64,000 nt of DNA from an uncultured Aliarcobacter sp. (GTDB lineage: Bacteria > Campylobacterota > Campylobacteria > Campylobacterales > Arcobacteraceae), in assembly GCA_963664305.2 (NCBI GenBank), contig CAXXLV010000002.1:800001-864000 (forward strand). The letters run 5' to 3'. The notes beneath the pieces were generated by a model, which saw only the letters and a list, made by a program, of their open reading frames with translations, did not search any database and was not told where the DNA came from. The translations under genes were made by a program, and so were the position numbers. This document shows, one piece after another, positions 9,689 to 20,037 of the stretch; positions within the stretch are counted from its first letter, which is position 1; each line of letters starts with the position of its first letter.

Positions 9689-10178
9689 ATTCATCTCCTT
9701 TTAGTATTTTTTTATTTATTAAATATTTTTTTAATTGTTCAATAGTTTCATTTGAAATACATAACATATCTATTTTTTCAAATATATTTAAATGTTTTTT
9801 TTCTTTATTGTAAAATGATATTGAACCACCTCCAAATATTGTTCCATTTGATTTAGTTACTTTAAATGATTTATAATCAAAAAATTTGCTCTTTAAAAAA
9901 TATTTATATATTAGACAAGCCCTATCATTTGTAAAAACTAATCTTTCAAATAAAAATATTCCTAGAAAATCTAATATGAAAAATACTATTACAATCATTG
10001 AAATTATTTTTACTATATAATTTTGGAACATTAAAACGAAAAATAATCCTATTAAAATACCAAATATTCTAAAGCCTAAAGCAAATATTCTTCCATAGAA
10101 ACCATATTCAATTTCAAGTAAAATTTCTTTTCCATCTATATATTTTTTTCCATCTTTCTCTTCTATATTTAATGCCAT
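9672..10178 (-). CDS. Hypothetical membrane protein (2 TM plus soluble tail), putative immunity protein
   Basis: Two hydrophobic segments; same layout and context as 20016-20738. Confidence 0.65.
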   Translation of the reverse strand: MALNIEEKDGKKYIDGKEILLEIEYGFYGRIFALGFRIFGILIGLFFVLMFQNYIVKIISMIVIVFFILDFLGIFLFERLVFTNDRACLIYKYFLKSKFFDYKSFKVTKSNGTIFGGGSISFYNKEKKHLNIFEKIDMLCISNETIEQLKKYLINKKILKGDEYEWIN

Positions 10179-10333
10179 ACAATTACCTCTCTAAATCTAT
10201 TCTTCATATTAAATCTTCTCTTATTCATTTCATAACTTTTTTTCTAATTTTTTTATTCTACCAATTAAATATCACATTTTATGTCACAAAAATATCTTTT
10301 TTTTGTTTTTTATTATTTTGTTGTTTTTTCATT

Positions 10334-10435
10334 TTAAGCTACTGATTTTTCAAATTCAAAAATAATATCATCTCCATTTCCAGAAGTTATAACATCATCA
10401 AAGTATGTTCCTGTTATATCATCTGCGTTTATTGT
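10334..10435 (-). pseudogene. Remnant with RTX-like Ca-binding repeats
   Basis: TINADDITGTYFDDVITSGNGDDIIFEFEKSVA*; cut upstream by the element at 10435. Confidence 0.55.
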
Positions 10436-10600
10436 GATCTGTCAACATTAACTAGGACACAAAATTCTGAATAATATTTTCCTAAATCTCTTATATTTGA
10501 AACTCGACTTTATGTTTTGGTTAAAAGTTCCAAAACTACAGGTTATTGAACTTGTTTTTATAATTCATATTTTTGTGTCTTATTTTCTGTTGACAGATTA
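10435..10600. mobile_element. Miniature element family B (IS3-like ends), 166 bp
   Basis: IRs tgatctgtcaaca...aggacacaaaa / ttttgtgtctta...tgttgacagatta; no transposase. Confidence 0.75.
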
Positions 10601-10938
10601 AACCTTTAATTTCATTCACATATATAGAGTTCCACTTGTCAGTGAATTCTATCTGAATAAATAAGTTTACCAATTGCATATAATTATAAAACAGATTATG
10701 AATTTCAAAACTTTAATAATTTGAACACAATTAATGTAAAAAGATAATTAAAATATTTCGTTGTTTATATTTAATATAAATTGAGTTATTTATAAGTTAT
10801 AATTAAATAACTCAAATAAATATATTGTTTAATGAGTATCTTGGTATGAATTCTAAATAAGATTTATTGATGATAGAACAAGTATTTTGAGTTATAAGAT
10901 TTTTTAAAAAAGTTATAAAATATGTCAAAAAAACTAAA

Positions 10939-13900
10939 ATGTTTATAAGAAGAAAATTTCAGAATATTGAAGATGTTAATAATCAAGTTACTTTTGATAT
11001 TATAATTCAGAACACTATATCAGTAATATTAGGTGAACCTGCATCAGGTAAAACATTTCAATTAAAAAACTATTCCTTTGGTAAAGAAAACATTCTTTTT
11101 AAAGAACTTGTTAATATAGAATTAGAAGAAATTAATATAGATAGTATAGAATTAATCTTTTTAGATTCTATAGATGAAGCATTAAGGGATACTTCTTCAA
11201 TATCTATGAAACAACTTCAAGATAAATTAACTAAATATATCAATAAATGTAAAGAAATAAATCCAAGTATTAAATTTGTTCTTACTTGTAGACAACTTGA
11301 ATGGAATGCATATTTTGCAAATAGTATTAAAGAAATTGATAATTCATTAAAAGTTTATAAAATTCTTGATTTAGAAAAAGCACAAATAGATCTTATATTA
11401 ACAGAAAAGCAAATTGATAATTCTGAATTTTGGAGTTTTATTTCATCTAACTATTTAGATTTTTTACTCAAAAATATTCTAGTGATTTTTAGAATTATTA
11501 ATAACTATAATGAATATAAAACAAAAACTGTTAACTATACAGATATTTATATTGATATTATAAAAGAACATTTAACAGTTAAAGGTGATGATAGAGATGA
11601 ATTAGTTACACAAAAGTCATTAACTGAATTAATAGATATATCATCTTCTTTAGCTACTTATATGATTTTAAATAGACAATCAACAATATCGACTGATGAT
11701 AATTTAAGTATATTAACAGATAAATTATATATGGTTAATATGAGTCTTATTAGCATTGATGATTTAAAAATAATACTTAATTCTTCACTATTTGATAAGG
11801 AAGGAAATAGTTTTAGTTTTTTTCATAAATCAATGCAAGAGTTTCTTATGGCTTACTTTATCAATAAAAAAAGTCTTAATTTAGAAACAATAAAAAAAGT
11901 TTTTTCTCATGAAATGAGATTTTATGAAGAATTTGAAGAAATTATTATTTACTTGACAAATTTAAATAACTCTTTTTTTAATGAAATTGTTAACTTTGAT
12001 CCGTTGATTTTTAGAAGACATCCAAATTTAAATGCAGAGCAGCAAGAAAAACTATTAGAAACTATGCTTAATAAACTTAAAATAGAAAAATCAATTATAT
12101 ATGGGAAATGGAATTATTTTGATAATAATTCACTTTTAAATTTTAACAAGCTTTCTAATATATCTCATATTGTAAAAGAAAATATTAATGAAAATCATCT
12201 TGACAAAGTTTTATATACTTATTTAATTAAACTTTTACATTACAACTATCATCAAGAGTTAGAAGAAGTAATATTCAAAATCTTAGAGGACTATAATAAA
12301 TCGCAGAATAATCAGCAGAAAAAAGAACCATCAGAAGATAGTGATGTTATTAAAGGCAATGTAAAAACTCGTGAACTTATAGTTGATACATTTGTCGATA
12401 ACTTTAATATAAATTGTAGATTATATGATTTTATGAATAAAAATGGTTTATTGAATGAAAATATTCATAAAATCTCTATGGTAAGTTTTGAAGCAAAACT
12501 TTTTGAATCACTTTACGGTATAAAATATAGTAATAGATATTCAAATCCTAAAAAAGTAACTGTCAATTCTACAAACTATTCTTTTGAAGAACTTTTACAG
12601 TTATTATTAAGTATTCCATATAGAGATTTACAATATATTGTTCCATTTTTAAAACAAAAGGATAGTCTAAAATGGTTTGAGTTTGTAAAAAGCCAAAAAA
12701 AAGTAAATTATGAAATTAATCTTTGGGCTATTTATGGGTTACTATTACACAATAATTCAAAAGAAGCAGTAAAGTTAGTCTTTGAATATTTATCAAGACC
12801 TATGGTATATCTACACATAGAAAAACAGGATATTGAAGATATGCCTTTTGAATTTAAAAAACTTGCAGATGATTTTTGGGAAGTTTATTTTCAAATGCAT
12901 GTAGATAATGTCTATTCTTTTACTGGTATATTTAAAATACTTCATATTTCTTTAGATGATATAATAAAGGCTACTGAAAAATATCCAATTGAAAAATATA
13001 CTAAATATTATGTACCACTTAGATTAAGTGAGAATATTGATGAATTTTTGATGTCAAATAGTATATTTGAATTATATATTCAGCAGTTAAAAAAAGAGCA
13101 AAAAGAAAGACAAAAAAAATGGGATGAGGAGTATAAAAAGAAAAAAAAAGAGATTGAACCAACTGAGCCCTCTGAATCTTTAAAAAGTATAATAGCAGCT
13201 AAAGAAATATATGATGAAAGTAAAAAATCATTAGAAACATTTCAAGATATTTTTAATGTTTTTTTATATGAAAGAATGTATGAAGAAAAAAATGAGCACT
13301 TAATAGATGAAACATTTAATAAAGAACAAAAAGAACAATTATTCTCTTATGCCCATAATAATTTTAAACAAGATATAGATTATTTGAAATTTAAAGAAAA
13401 TGTTTATTCACATAGAGTAGATTTAACATGTCTTTATATTTGTTATTTAAAAAGACTTGATAATGAAAGCTTATTAAAATATGTAAATACAAAAGAAACA
13501 TACGAAAAAGTATATTGGCATGTATTTAGACTTTCAAAAATGGATGAATCTTTTTTTATATATTTAACTCAAAAATATTTTGATTTTTTTATAGAGTTAT
13601 TTACTGAAACATTTAAGCTTTCACTAGAACAAAGTAATAATACAAGGGCTGTTTCATTACAAGGATTTTTTAACCTAGTAGAAAAATGTGAGAAATTTAA
13701 TAAAAATACTTTATCTGAAGTAATCAAATTAATTAGTTCTCTTGATCCTCACATTTTTATTAATATAGAAACATACAATCAAAATGAACTTTTAAAAGTA
13801 TTAGTATTAGATCAAAGTATGTATGATTATATAGAATCTTTAATGAAGTATGACAATTTTAAGTCAAAAAAATATTTAGATACTTTATTAAAATTAGATA

Positions 13901-14493
13901 CTAAAAAAGCAATTGGCAACTATATGAATTTATATTTAGATGAAGAAAAATATATTAAAAAGTCGTTTTGGGAAAAAATTAAAAGTTTTTTTAAAAAAGA
14001 AGAAATTATAGAAGTGCATAAATATAATAACCCTTTAATTAATCCTATTAAGATTAACTTATTAATGAATCTACTTTTTTCAATAAGTTCATCAAAAAAA
14101 ATAGATTTAATTTCAGATGAATACTTAAATATAATTATTCAAGATTATTATGAATTTTTTAAAGAATATGAATTTCAAGAAGGAATAGTTCAATATCCTG
14201 ATTATGATAGTATGAATAATATTATCTATACTATTTGGTCGATACTTAGTGCTAGTAGTGACCATATCTTGTTATTAAAAGAATTATCATCAAATGAAAA
14301 TGACAGAATATCAAATGCAGCTAAGTTTTATTTGGATAAAGCATATAATCAACAACAAAAAGATAGAACTTTACCAAATAGTTATTATAAAGCAATATTT
14401 GATAGTGAAAAAAAGAATACAAAAAAAGTAGTTAATCAGGGAATATATATAGCAGGTAATGTTCAAGGTAATGTTACTCTTACAAAAAATTAG
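10939..14493 (+). CDS. NACHT/STAND-class NTPase (NLR-like), with no N-terminal effector and a C-terminal RHIM/amyloid-like motif
   Basis: Walker A GEPASGKT near residue 33, Walker B IFLDSIDE, FVLTCR, winged-helix motif FFHKSMQEFLMA, and a long helical C-terminal region. Confidence 0.8.
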   Translation: MFIRRKFQNIEDVNNQVTFDIIIQNTISVILGEPASGKTFQLKNYSFGKENILFKELVNIELEEINIDSIELIFLDSIDEALRDTSSISMKQLQDKLTKYINKCKEINPSIKFVLTCRQLEWNAYFANSIKEIDNSLKVYKILDLEKAQIDLILTEKQIDNSEFWSFISSNYLDFLLKNILVIFRIINNYNEYKTKTVNYTDIYIDIIKEHLTVKGDDRDELVTQKSLTELIDISSSLATYMILNRQSTISTDDNLSILTDKLYMVNMSLISIDDLKIILNSSLFDKEGNSFSFFHKSMQEFLMAYFINKKSLNLETIKKVFSHEMRFYEEFEEIIIYLTNLNNSFFNEIVNFDPLIFRRHPNLNAEQQEKLLETMLNKLKIEKSIIYGKWNYFDNNSLLNFNKLSNISHIVKENINENHLDKVLYTYLIKLLHYNYHQELEEVIFKILEDYNKSQNNQQKKEPSEDSDVIKGNVKTRELIVDTFVDNFNINCRLYDFMNKNGLLNENIHKISMVSFEAKLFESLYGIKYSNRYSNPKKVTVNSTNYSFEELLQLLLSIPYRDLQYIVPFLKQKDSLKWFEFVKSQKKVNYEINLWAIYGLLLHNNSKEAVKLVFEYLSRPMVYLHIEKQDIEDMPFEFKKLADDFWEVYFQMHVDNVYSFTGIFKILHISLDDIIKATEKYPIEKYTKYYVPLRLSENIDEFLMSNSIFELYIQQLKKEQKERQKKWDEEYKKKKKEIEPTEPSESLKSIIAAKEIYDESKKSLETFQDIFNVFLYERMYEEKNEHLIDETFNKEQKEQLFSYAHNNFKQDIDYLKFKENVYSHRVDLTCLYICYLKRLDNESLLKYVNTKETYEKVYWHVFRLSKMDESFFIYLTQKYFDFFIELFTETFKLSLEQSNNTRAVSLQGFFNLVEKCEKFNKNTLSEVIKLISSLDPHIFINIETYNQNELLKVLVLDQSMYDYIESLMKYDNFKSKKYLDTLLKLDTKKAIGNYMNLYLDEEKYIKKSFWEKIKSFFKKEEIIEVHKYNNPLINPIKINLLMNLLFSISSSKKIDLISDEYLNIIIQDYYEFFKEYEFQEGIVQYPDYDSMNNIIYTIWSILSASSDHILLLKELSSNENDRISNAAKFYLDKAYNQQQKDRTLPNSYYKAIFDSEKKNTKKVVNQGIYIAGNVQGNVTLTKN

Positions 14494-14517
14494 AACTTAA
14501 ATTATGGAGAATAAAGT

Positions 14518-15402
14518 TTGGCAAAAAAAGTAGAAAATGATGGTATTTATGTAGGGGGTGATGTCTATGGTGATGTATCTATGAATAAAGGGAATAATGA
14601 TAAACCTATCTGGAATACAATTGGAAAATGGGCTTCTATTGCTACACTAATAGGTTTCCTTTTATCTATTTATTTTTATTTAAATCCTATAGATATTAAT
14701 ACACAAAACAATGATAAGAAAGAAAGTGATTTACAAAGTCAAAATATTCAATCTCAACAAAACATTCATGGAGAGACTATAGTAGTAAATAATAATTATA
14801 AAGAGAATGTTATATCTGAAGAAACAATAACTGTTAATAAAGAAAAAAATCTTGAAAAAATTTTTATTGGAAGTGGACGTAAATTTATAGAAAGTTTATT
14901 TGGTATACCTATTATTGAAATTGATCATAAAGAACTTAATGTGATTGAAGTAAATTATTCATTTGAAAATTTCTATTTACAGTTTCTTTATAATACGATG
15001 GGTGAAGTTCAGTTTTACTCTGTAACATCAAAAAATGTTAACTTTAAACCTACTATACCATTATTTGATATCAAATTAGGCAATTATTCTTTTTATGAAT
15101 TTGGAAAAGATTCAACTTACCTTTATAGTTATTTAACTTCAAAACATTATGGATATGCAGAGTATATTTATGGAGGTAATAGTGGAAATTATCATAATTA
15201 TTACTTTGGCTATAATTCTGCAGGAGTAGATTATGGTGAAATATATCCTTTTACTAATCATGAAAATAAAAATGAATTAGAAAAGTTTCGTAAAACTTGT
15301 ATACCGAATACATTTGGAGTTGGGGATATAGGAAAGATTTCTGATGATAAATTATATTATGAGATGGGTATTGAATATTATACTTCAAGAGATATAAATT
15401 AA
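14518..15402 (+). CDS. Membrane-anchored protein with an N-terminal amyloid-like motif; C-terminal domain resembles the ETEC_3214 family
   Basis: TTG start after GGAG; TM segment WASIATLIGFLLSIYFYL; FG.P, YSVT, GNSGNY and PNTF motifs recalled from that family, not verified by search. Confidence 0.65.
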   Translation: MAKKVENDGIYVGGDVYGDVSMNKGNNDKPIWNTIGKWASIATLIGFLLSIYFYLNPIDINTQNNDKKESDLQSQNIQSQQNIHGETIVVNNNYKENVISEETITVNKEKNLEKIFIGSGRKFIESLFGIPIIEIDHKELNVIEVNYSFENFYLQFLYNTMGEVQFYSVTSKNVNFKPTIPLFDIKLGNYSFYEFGKDSTYLYSYLTSKHYGYAEYIYGGNSGNYHNYYFGYNSAGVDYGEIYPFTNHENKNELEKFRKTCIPNTFGVGDIGKISDDKLYYEMGIEYYTSRDIN

Positions 15403-15758
15403 ATGAGTAAAAGTATTTTCAATTTATTTCAAAATAAGTATCTAATACTTTAATAACTTTGTCTAGAAAGTATAAATTTAAGTTTTCTAATTCAATTTGA
15501 TGAGTATATTTAGCTAATCATTTATTTCTTCATTGAAAATAAAGTGGAATATACTGTAATGTAGACAAGGATAGTTAATTATAAGAGACATTAATTTAAT
15601 TTTTATAAATTTTTCGCTCATTTTACACTTCATTTAAAAAATTTCATTTTTTTAAGATTTAAAATTATAAATTGTTATCAATTTGTTTAAAATGACAAAT
15701 CATATAATTAATACTATTATTTAGGAGATTCAAACAATAAATAATATATTTGTAATAG

Positions 15759-15951
15759 TAATCTGTTAACAAGTAATAGGACGCAAAATTCTGAACAGTC
15801 TTTGCATCAACCTCTTACTTTTTGAGCAGTTTTTGCTAACAAAAAGTTTTTCTCAAAAAGAGTTGACTTATTGAACATGTTCAATAAGTACAGGTTGTGG
15901 AACAAGCATCTTGATAACTCATTTTTTGTCCTATTTAGTGTTGATAAATCA
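15759..15951. mobile_element. Miniature element family B (IS3-like ends), 193 bp
   Basis: IRs taatctgttaaca...ataggacgcaaaa / ttttgtcctatttagtgttgataaatca; shares the internal tacaggttgt. Confidence 0.7.
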
Positions 15952-16115
15952 TATCAAGTTTTCGTATATATTTATAAATGATTGAAAATACATAAGATTA
16001 ATTTTAAATAAAAAATTATAATTTAATTTCTGAATTATAAAAAGAGTAATTTGTGAGTTTTTTATTTGATAATATTATTTCATCTTAAATTCATAGTTGA
16101 ATTAAAAGGAAATAA

Positions 16116-17150
16116 GTGAAATTTCTATTTAGAGAATTATTTAAAAGATTAAAATTTAGATATGTAATATTAATTTTAGTATTGTCAATTCCTCTTAGTT
16201 ATGCTTTTCAATATGTAGTAAATGTAACTTTAATCTCAAAAAATGAATTTCCTTTAGATAAATCTCCAAATCCACAAGCAACAGAACATTTTATAAAAGC
16301 AATGGAATATAGAAATTATATTGCACATGTACATAACTTTGTAGATTATGATAATTTTTTAATCAAACCACTATTAACTAAAATGAATGAAGAATATGAA
16401 AAGGGAAAATCATTGCTTCCAAAAACTTCGGCAGAAGATGTATATTGGTATGTGATACTTTATAGAGGGATATATGGAATAGGAGGAATTCCAGATGATT
16501 ATGATATGTCAATGGCATATAAAACAACCTTGACAAAAGAAGAATATAAAAAACATTATGAAGAAATAGTTGATAAAATAAAAAGATTTGCAATAAATGA
16601 TTTTAATTATGATGTACCAAGAGTAACAAACTATAAATTTGAATTCATGAGTGATTTAGTAAATGAATATGATAAAACAGTAGGTTTATTAAGCAAAGAA
16701 TTTTTTGTTTCAAATAAGTATACACAAGATTTAAATGAGATATATATTTATTATAAGCAATTTAGAGATAAATACTTACCTTTGGCAAATAAACAAGATA
16801 AAAATAATCTTGTAGCACTTCATGACGAAATTTTATTTTTTTTAAAATTTATTACATATAAAGAATATCTTCAAAAAAGACAAATATATTGTAATGATGA
16901 AAAATATAAATTATTACTAACAAAAATGAAAGAACTAAAAAACTTAAAAACAAAAGAAAAACAAATGCTAGATGATTATATAGTAAATGTATTTGAAAAG
17001 AGTATTTGGCTTTATCAATTAACTTTAATGTTACAAGAATGCAAAAATTTAGAAAAAGAACCAAAAGAAATATTAGAGTATTTTCATCCAAAAATAAAAC
17101 AGAGATATGAAGAAGAGTTAAATAATTTTAAAAATAAATTAAAAGGCTAA
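16116..17150 (+). CDS. Hypothetical membrane-anchored protein, putative immunity partner of 17154-18626
   Basis: N-terminal TM/signal segment; ends 3 nt before the next gene. Confidence 0.65.
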   Translation: MKFLFRELFKRLKFRYVILILVLSIPLSYAFQYVVNVTLISKNEFPLDKSPNPQATEHFIKAMEYRNYIAHVHNFVDYDNFLIKPLLTKMNEEYEKGKSLLPKTSAEDVYWYVILYRGIYGIGGIPDDYDMSMAYKTTLTKEEYKKHYEEIVDKIKRFAINDFNYDVPRVTNYKFEFMSDLVNEYDKTVGLLSKEFFVSNKYTQDLNEIYIYYKQFRDKYLPLANKQDKNNLVALHDEILFFLKFITYKEYLQKRQIYCNDEKYKLLLTKMKELKNLKTKEKQMLDDYIVNVFEKSIWLYQLTLMLQECKNLEKEPKEILEYFHPKIKQRYEEELNNFKNKLKG

Positions 17151-17153
17151 AAC

Positions 17154-18626
17154 ATGGATACACAAGAATATCAAATTGGTACAAAAGCTTTTAGTAGTAA
17201 AGAAGAGTATGATAAATACCTCGAAATCTCTAATATGATTGATAAAATTTGTACAGTAGCAGATATCGTAAATACAGTAGCAAGTACAAATAAATATGTA
17301 AAATTGGCAATGAATTTTTGTGATGATAATGGCGAAATTTTAGATGTTATTGAAATTTTTTCTCCTGTTTTAGAAGAAGGACAAACAGAAAGAGAAATAT
17401 TTGCAAGTATTGGTTCAAAAATTGTTAAACTTGAAGTAGAAACAGCTTTTGAATCTATTGGAGAAACAGCAGGAATAAGTGTAGGTACAGGGTTAGTTTC
17501 TATTGGAGTTATAGGTACAGCAGGAATTGGAACTGTTCCTGCATATATAATGGGAGCTGCTACTGGTGGTGCAACATATTTAGGATATAAATTTGTAGGA
17601 GTAGGAGTTGGACATTATGCAGAAAAATACTCTTATGGAGAATTTTTAGAATTATATGATAAATATGTAAAAAATACTGAAGAAAATAATAAACATGCAG
17701 AAAGTGCAGTATTTCTTGATAGTTCAACAAACGAAAAAACTACATTTGAAATAAATCAAGAAACAGTAGTATTAGAACCAATTATTGTACAAGACTTAAC
17801 AACTGGCTCAATAGTTTCTTTAAAATCAGGACAAACAATTTCCCATATAGCAGCAAATACAGAATTTACAACAATGGATTTACTGAAATATAATAATCTT
17901 ACCCTAGAACAAGCAAAAAATTTTCCAATAGGTTTTGAAATACAAATTCCAAAAAGTATAGAGAATTTTGATGGTGGATATGGAAATATAAAATTATATA
18001 CATCATACGATGGAACTCTTACATATTATATTCCAGATGAAAAAGGTAATGTAAATGTAATAAAAATTAATAGTGATGGAGAAATTTTACAGAACGATTT
18101 TGATACAAATGGAACATTGTTAGATGAAATAGTAGTAAATCCAAATGATAATCAATCATATAATGATGCAAAAACAATGGAAGAATTGTTGAAAGACCCA
18201 AATAATCTAGTAAAAATAGATGATGGGATATTGTATGCAGATAGTGGACAAATAAAAACTGATGTAAATTATGATAAAGATAGCCAAACCTTGTTTTATG
18301 AAGATGAAAATGGAAATCTTCAACAAATAACATATGAAGAGAATAGTGACTTACTAATCTATGGAGATACTAGTAACCCAGATAAAATAACCTTCACAGA
18401 TGAAAATGGAGATTATCAAGTATGGGAGAAAGATAATGAGGGTAACTTTGTACAAACAAATAAAGTAGATTATTCAGGAACTCTAAATACAGCAATAAAT
18501 CAAATAGGAAGCTTGATTATAATGAATAATCAAGATTTCTCTAATATAGAGAAAATTGCTGTAAGTACAACAGTATCAACTATCGCTGATTTTGCAACAT
18601 ATAAAACAAAAAGGAAGATATTATGA
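17154..18626 (+). CDS. LysM-containing putative effector with Gly-rich hydrophobic N-terminal helices and an acidic C-terminal region
   Basis: LysM-like LKSGQTISHIAA...LLKYNNL...PIGFEIQIP; Gly/Ala-rich hydrophobic stretch at about aa 105-155; shares an 81-bp repeat with the lysozyme gene. Confidence 0.65.
   Translation: MDTQEYQIGTKAFSSKEEYDKYLEISNMIDKICTVADIVNTVASTNKYVKLAMNFCDDNGEILDVIEIFSPVLEEGQTEREIFASIGSKIVKLEVETAFESIGETAGISVGTGLVSIGVIGTAGIGTVPAYIMGAATGGATYLGYKFVGVGVGHYAEKYSYGEFLELYDKYVKNTEENNKHAESAVFLDSSTNEKTTFEINQETVVLEPIIVQDLTTGSIVSLKSGQTISHIAANTEFTTMDLLKYNNLTLEQAKNFPIGFEIQIPKSIENFDGGYGNIKLYTSYDGTLTYYIPDEKGNVNVIKINSDGEILQNDFDTNGTLLDEIVVNPNDNQSYNDAKTMEELLKDPNNLVKIDDGILYADSGQIKTDVNYDKDSQTLFYEDENGNLQQITYEENSDLLIYGDTSNPDKITFTDENGDYQVWEKDNEGNFVQTNKVDYSGTLNTAINQIGSLIIMNNQDFSNIEKIAVSTTVSTIADFATYKTKRKIL
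18237..18317 (+). repeat. 81-bp perfect direct repeat, copy 1 (copy 2 at 19927-20007)
   Basis: Identical DNA encoding ADSGQIKTDVNYDKDSQTLFYEDENGN in two different ORFs. Confidence 0.95.
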
Positions 18627-19297
18627 AAAAAATATTTTTAATTTTACTATTCTTTAATATATATTTAAATGCAGATGAAAATATAAAGTTTTATAATCCA
18701 AGTTTTAGTTGTGATAAAGTTAAAAAAGATAGTGTGGAATATGAAATTTGTATTGACGAAATACTATCCTTGCAAGATTTAATTTTGACAAATAACTATA
18801 ATTCTTTAATTAAATTAACAAAACTTAATACAAATAAAATAAAAGATGAACAAAAAACTTGGTTAATAAATAGAAAACAGTGTAAAGATTATAAATGTAT
18901 AAAAATATCTTATGAAGAAAGAATAAAACAGCTCAATTATATTTATGAACTATTTATAAAAAATGATTTTCTTCCATTGGAAAAAATAAATATAGCTAAT
19001 CCAGATGAAGAACAAAATAATATTACTTTAAAATATAATTTTGTTTGTAAACCTAATAAAGATTTACCCATAATTGCAAGAGATAAAGACTTTTATTTTA
19101 TAGAAAACTTAAGTAATTATCAAGATAGAAATTTTATTTTTTTTGTAAAAAGTACTTTTATTGATGAAATATCAAATGAACAAATATTAAAAGGAACTCT
19201 TATATTTGATGGTGGACAAACTTACCAACCAACAGCAATAGATTTTTTTACTTATAGTAAAAATTGGGATTGTGAATTAAATACTTCTAAATATTAA
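18623..19297 (+). CDS. LprI-family lysozyme-inhibitor domain protein, secreted
   Basis: Signal peptide; PSFSCDK...EYEICID...LSLQD...EQKTWLINRKQC...CIKISYEERI pattern. Confidence 0.8.
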   Translation: MKKIFLILLFFNIYLNADENIKFYNPSFSCDKVKKDSVEYEICIDEILSLQDLILTNNYNSLIKLTKLNTNKIKDEQKTWLINRKQCKDYKCIKISYEERIKQLNYIYELFIKNDFLPLEKINIANPDEEQNNITLKYNFVCKPNKDLPIIARDKDFYFIENLSNYQDRNFIFFVKSTFIDEISNEQILKGTLIFDGGQTYQPTAIDFFTYSKNWDCELNTSKY

Positions 19298-19302
19298 AGG
19301 AA

Positions 19303-20037
19303 TTGATTATGGATAATATGAAAGTATCAGAGCAACTTAAAGATTTTATAAAAAATTATGAGAAATTAGAACTAAAGACATATCAAGATGAAGCTGGAGT
19401 TTGGACAGTAGGATATGGGCATACTGGTAAAAATATTGTTAAGAATATGACAATAACACAAAGCCAAGCGGATAGTTTCTTATCTAATGATTTAAGTAAA
19501 TTTGAAAGTACAGTTAATCAATATGTGAAAGTTCCACTTTCACAAAATCAATTTGATGCTCTAGTCGCTTTTTCTTATAATATAGGTATGGGTGGATTTA
19601 AAAATTCTACATTATTAAAACTATTAAATAATAGTGATTACGAAGGTGCTAGTTTAGAATTCCAGAAGTGGAATAAAATAACAATTAATGGTGAAAAAAA
19701 AACTTCTGATGGTTTATCTGTTAGAAGATATGATGAAGAAAATATTTTTAAAGATAATATTTATAATAGAACAGATATTGAAACTTATAGGCAAGAATTA
19801 TCTAAAGAAAATAATAATGAATCATCTACTGATACAGGAAATAATGACCAAGCTAATAATGATACAGAATATATGAAAGACCAAGATGGGAAAGATATAC
19901 CAGATATAAAAGATGGGACCTTAGTAGCAGATAGTGGACAAATAAAAACTGATGTAAATTATGATAAAGATAGCCAAACCTTGTTTTATGAAGATGAAAA
20001 TGGAAATTATCAAGTTTGGGAAAAAAAGGTTGCATAA
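19303..20037 (+). CDS. GH24 phage-type lysozyme fused to an acidic repeat tail
   Basis: IKNYE...YQDEAGVWTVGYGHTG, LSQNQFDALVAFSYNIG and GLSVRR motifs. Confidence 0.9.
   Translation: MIMDNMKVSEQLKDFIKNYEKLELKTYQDEAGVWTVGYGHTGKNIVKNMTITQSQADSFLSNDLSKFESTVNQYVKVPLSQNQFDALVAFSYNIGMGGFKNSTLLKLLNNSDYEGASLEFQKWNKITINGEKKTSDGLSVRRYDEENIFKDNIYNRTDIETYRQELSKENNNESSTDTGNNDQANNDTEYMKDQDGKDIPDIKDGTLVADSGQIKTDVNYDKDSQTLFYEDENGNYQVWEKKVA
19927..20007 (+). repeat. 81-bp perfect direct repeat, copy 2
   Basis: Identical to 18237-18317. Confidence 0.95.

Noticed and set aside
14494..14517. STAND gene and downstream gene as one gene split by a single nonsense mutation
   Set aside because: They are in the same frame, but two stops (TAG, TAA) intervene and the second gene has its own RBS and start codon.
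19303..20037. Prophage endolysin or lysis cassette
   Set aside because: No holin, spanin or structural phage genes are nearby; the gene is paired with LprI and fused to a tail shared with a non-phage neighbour.
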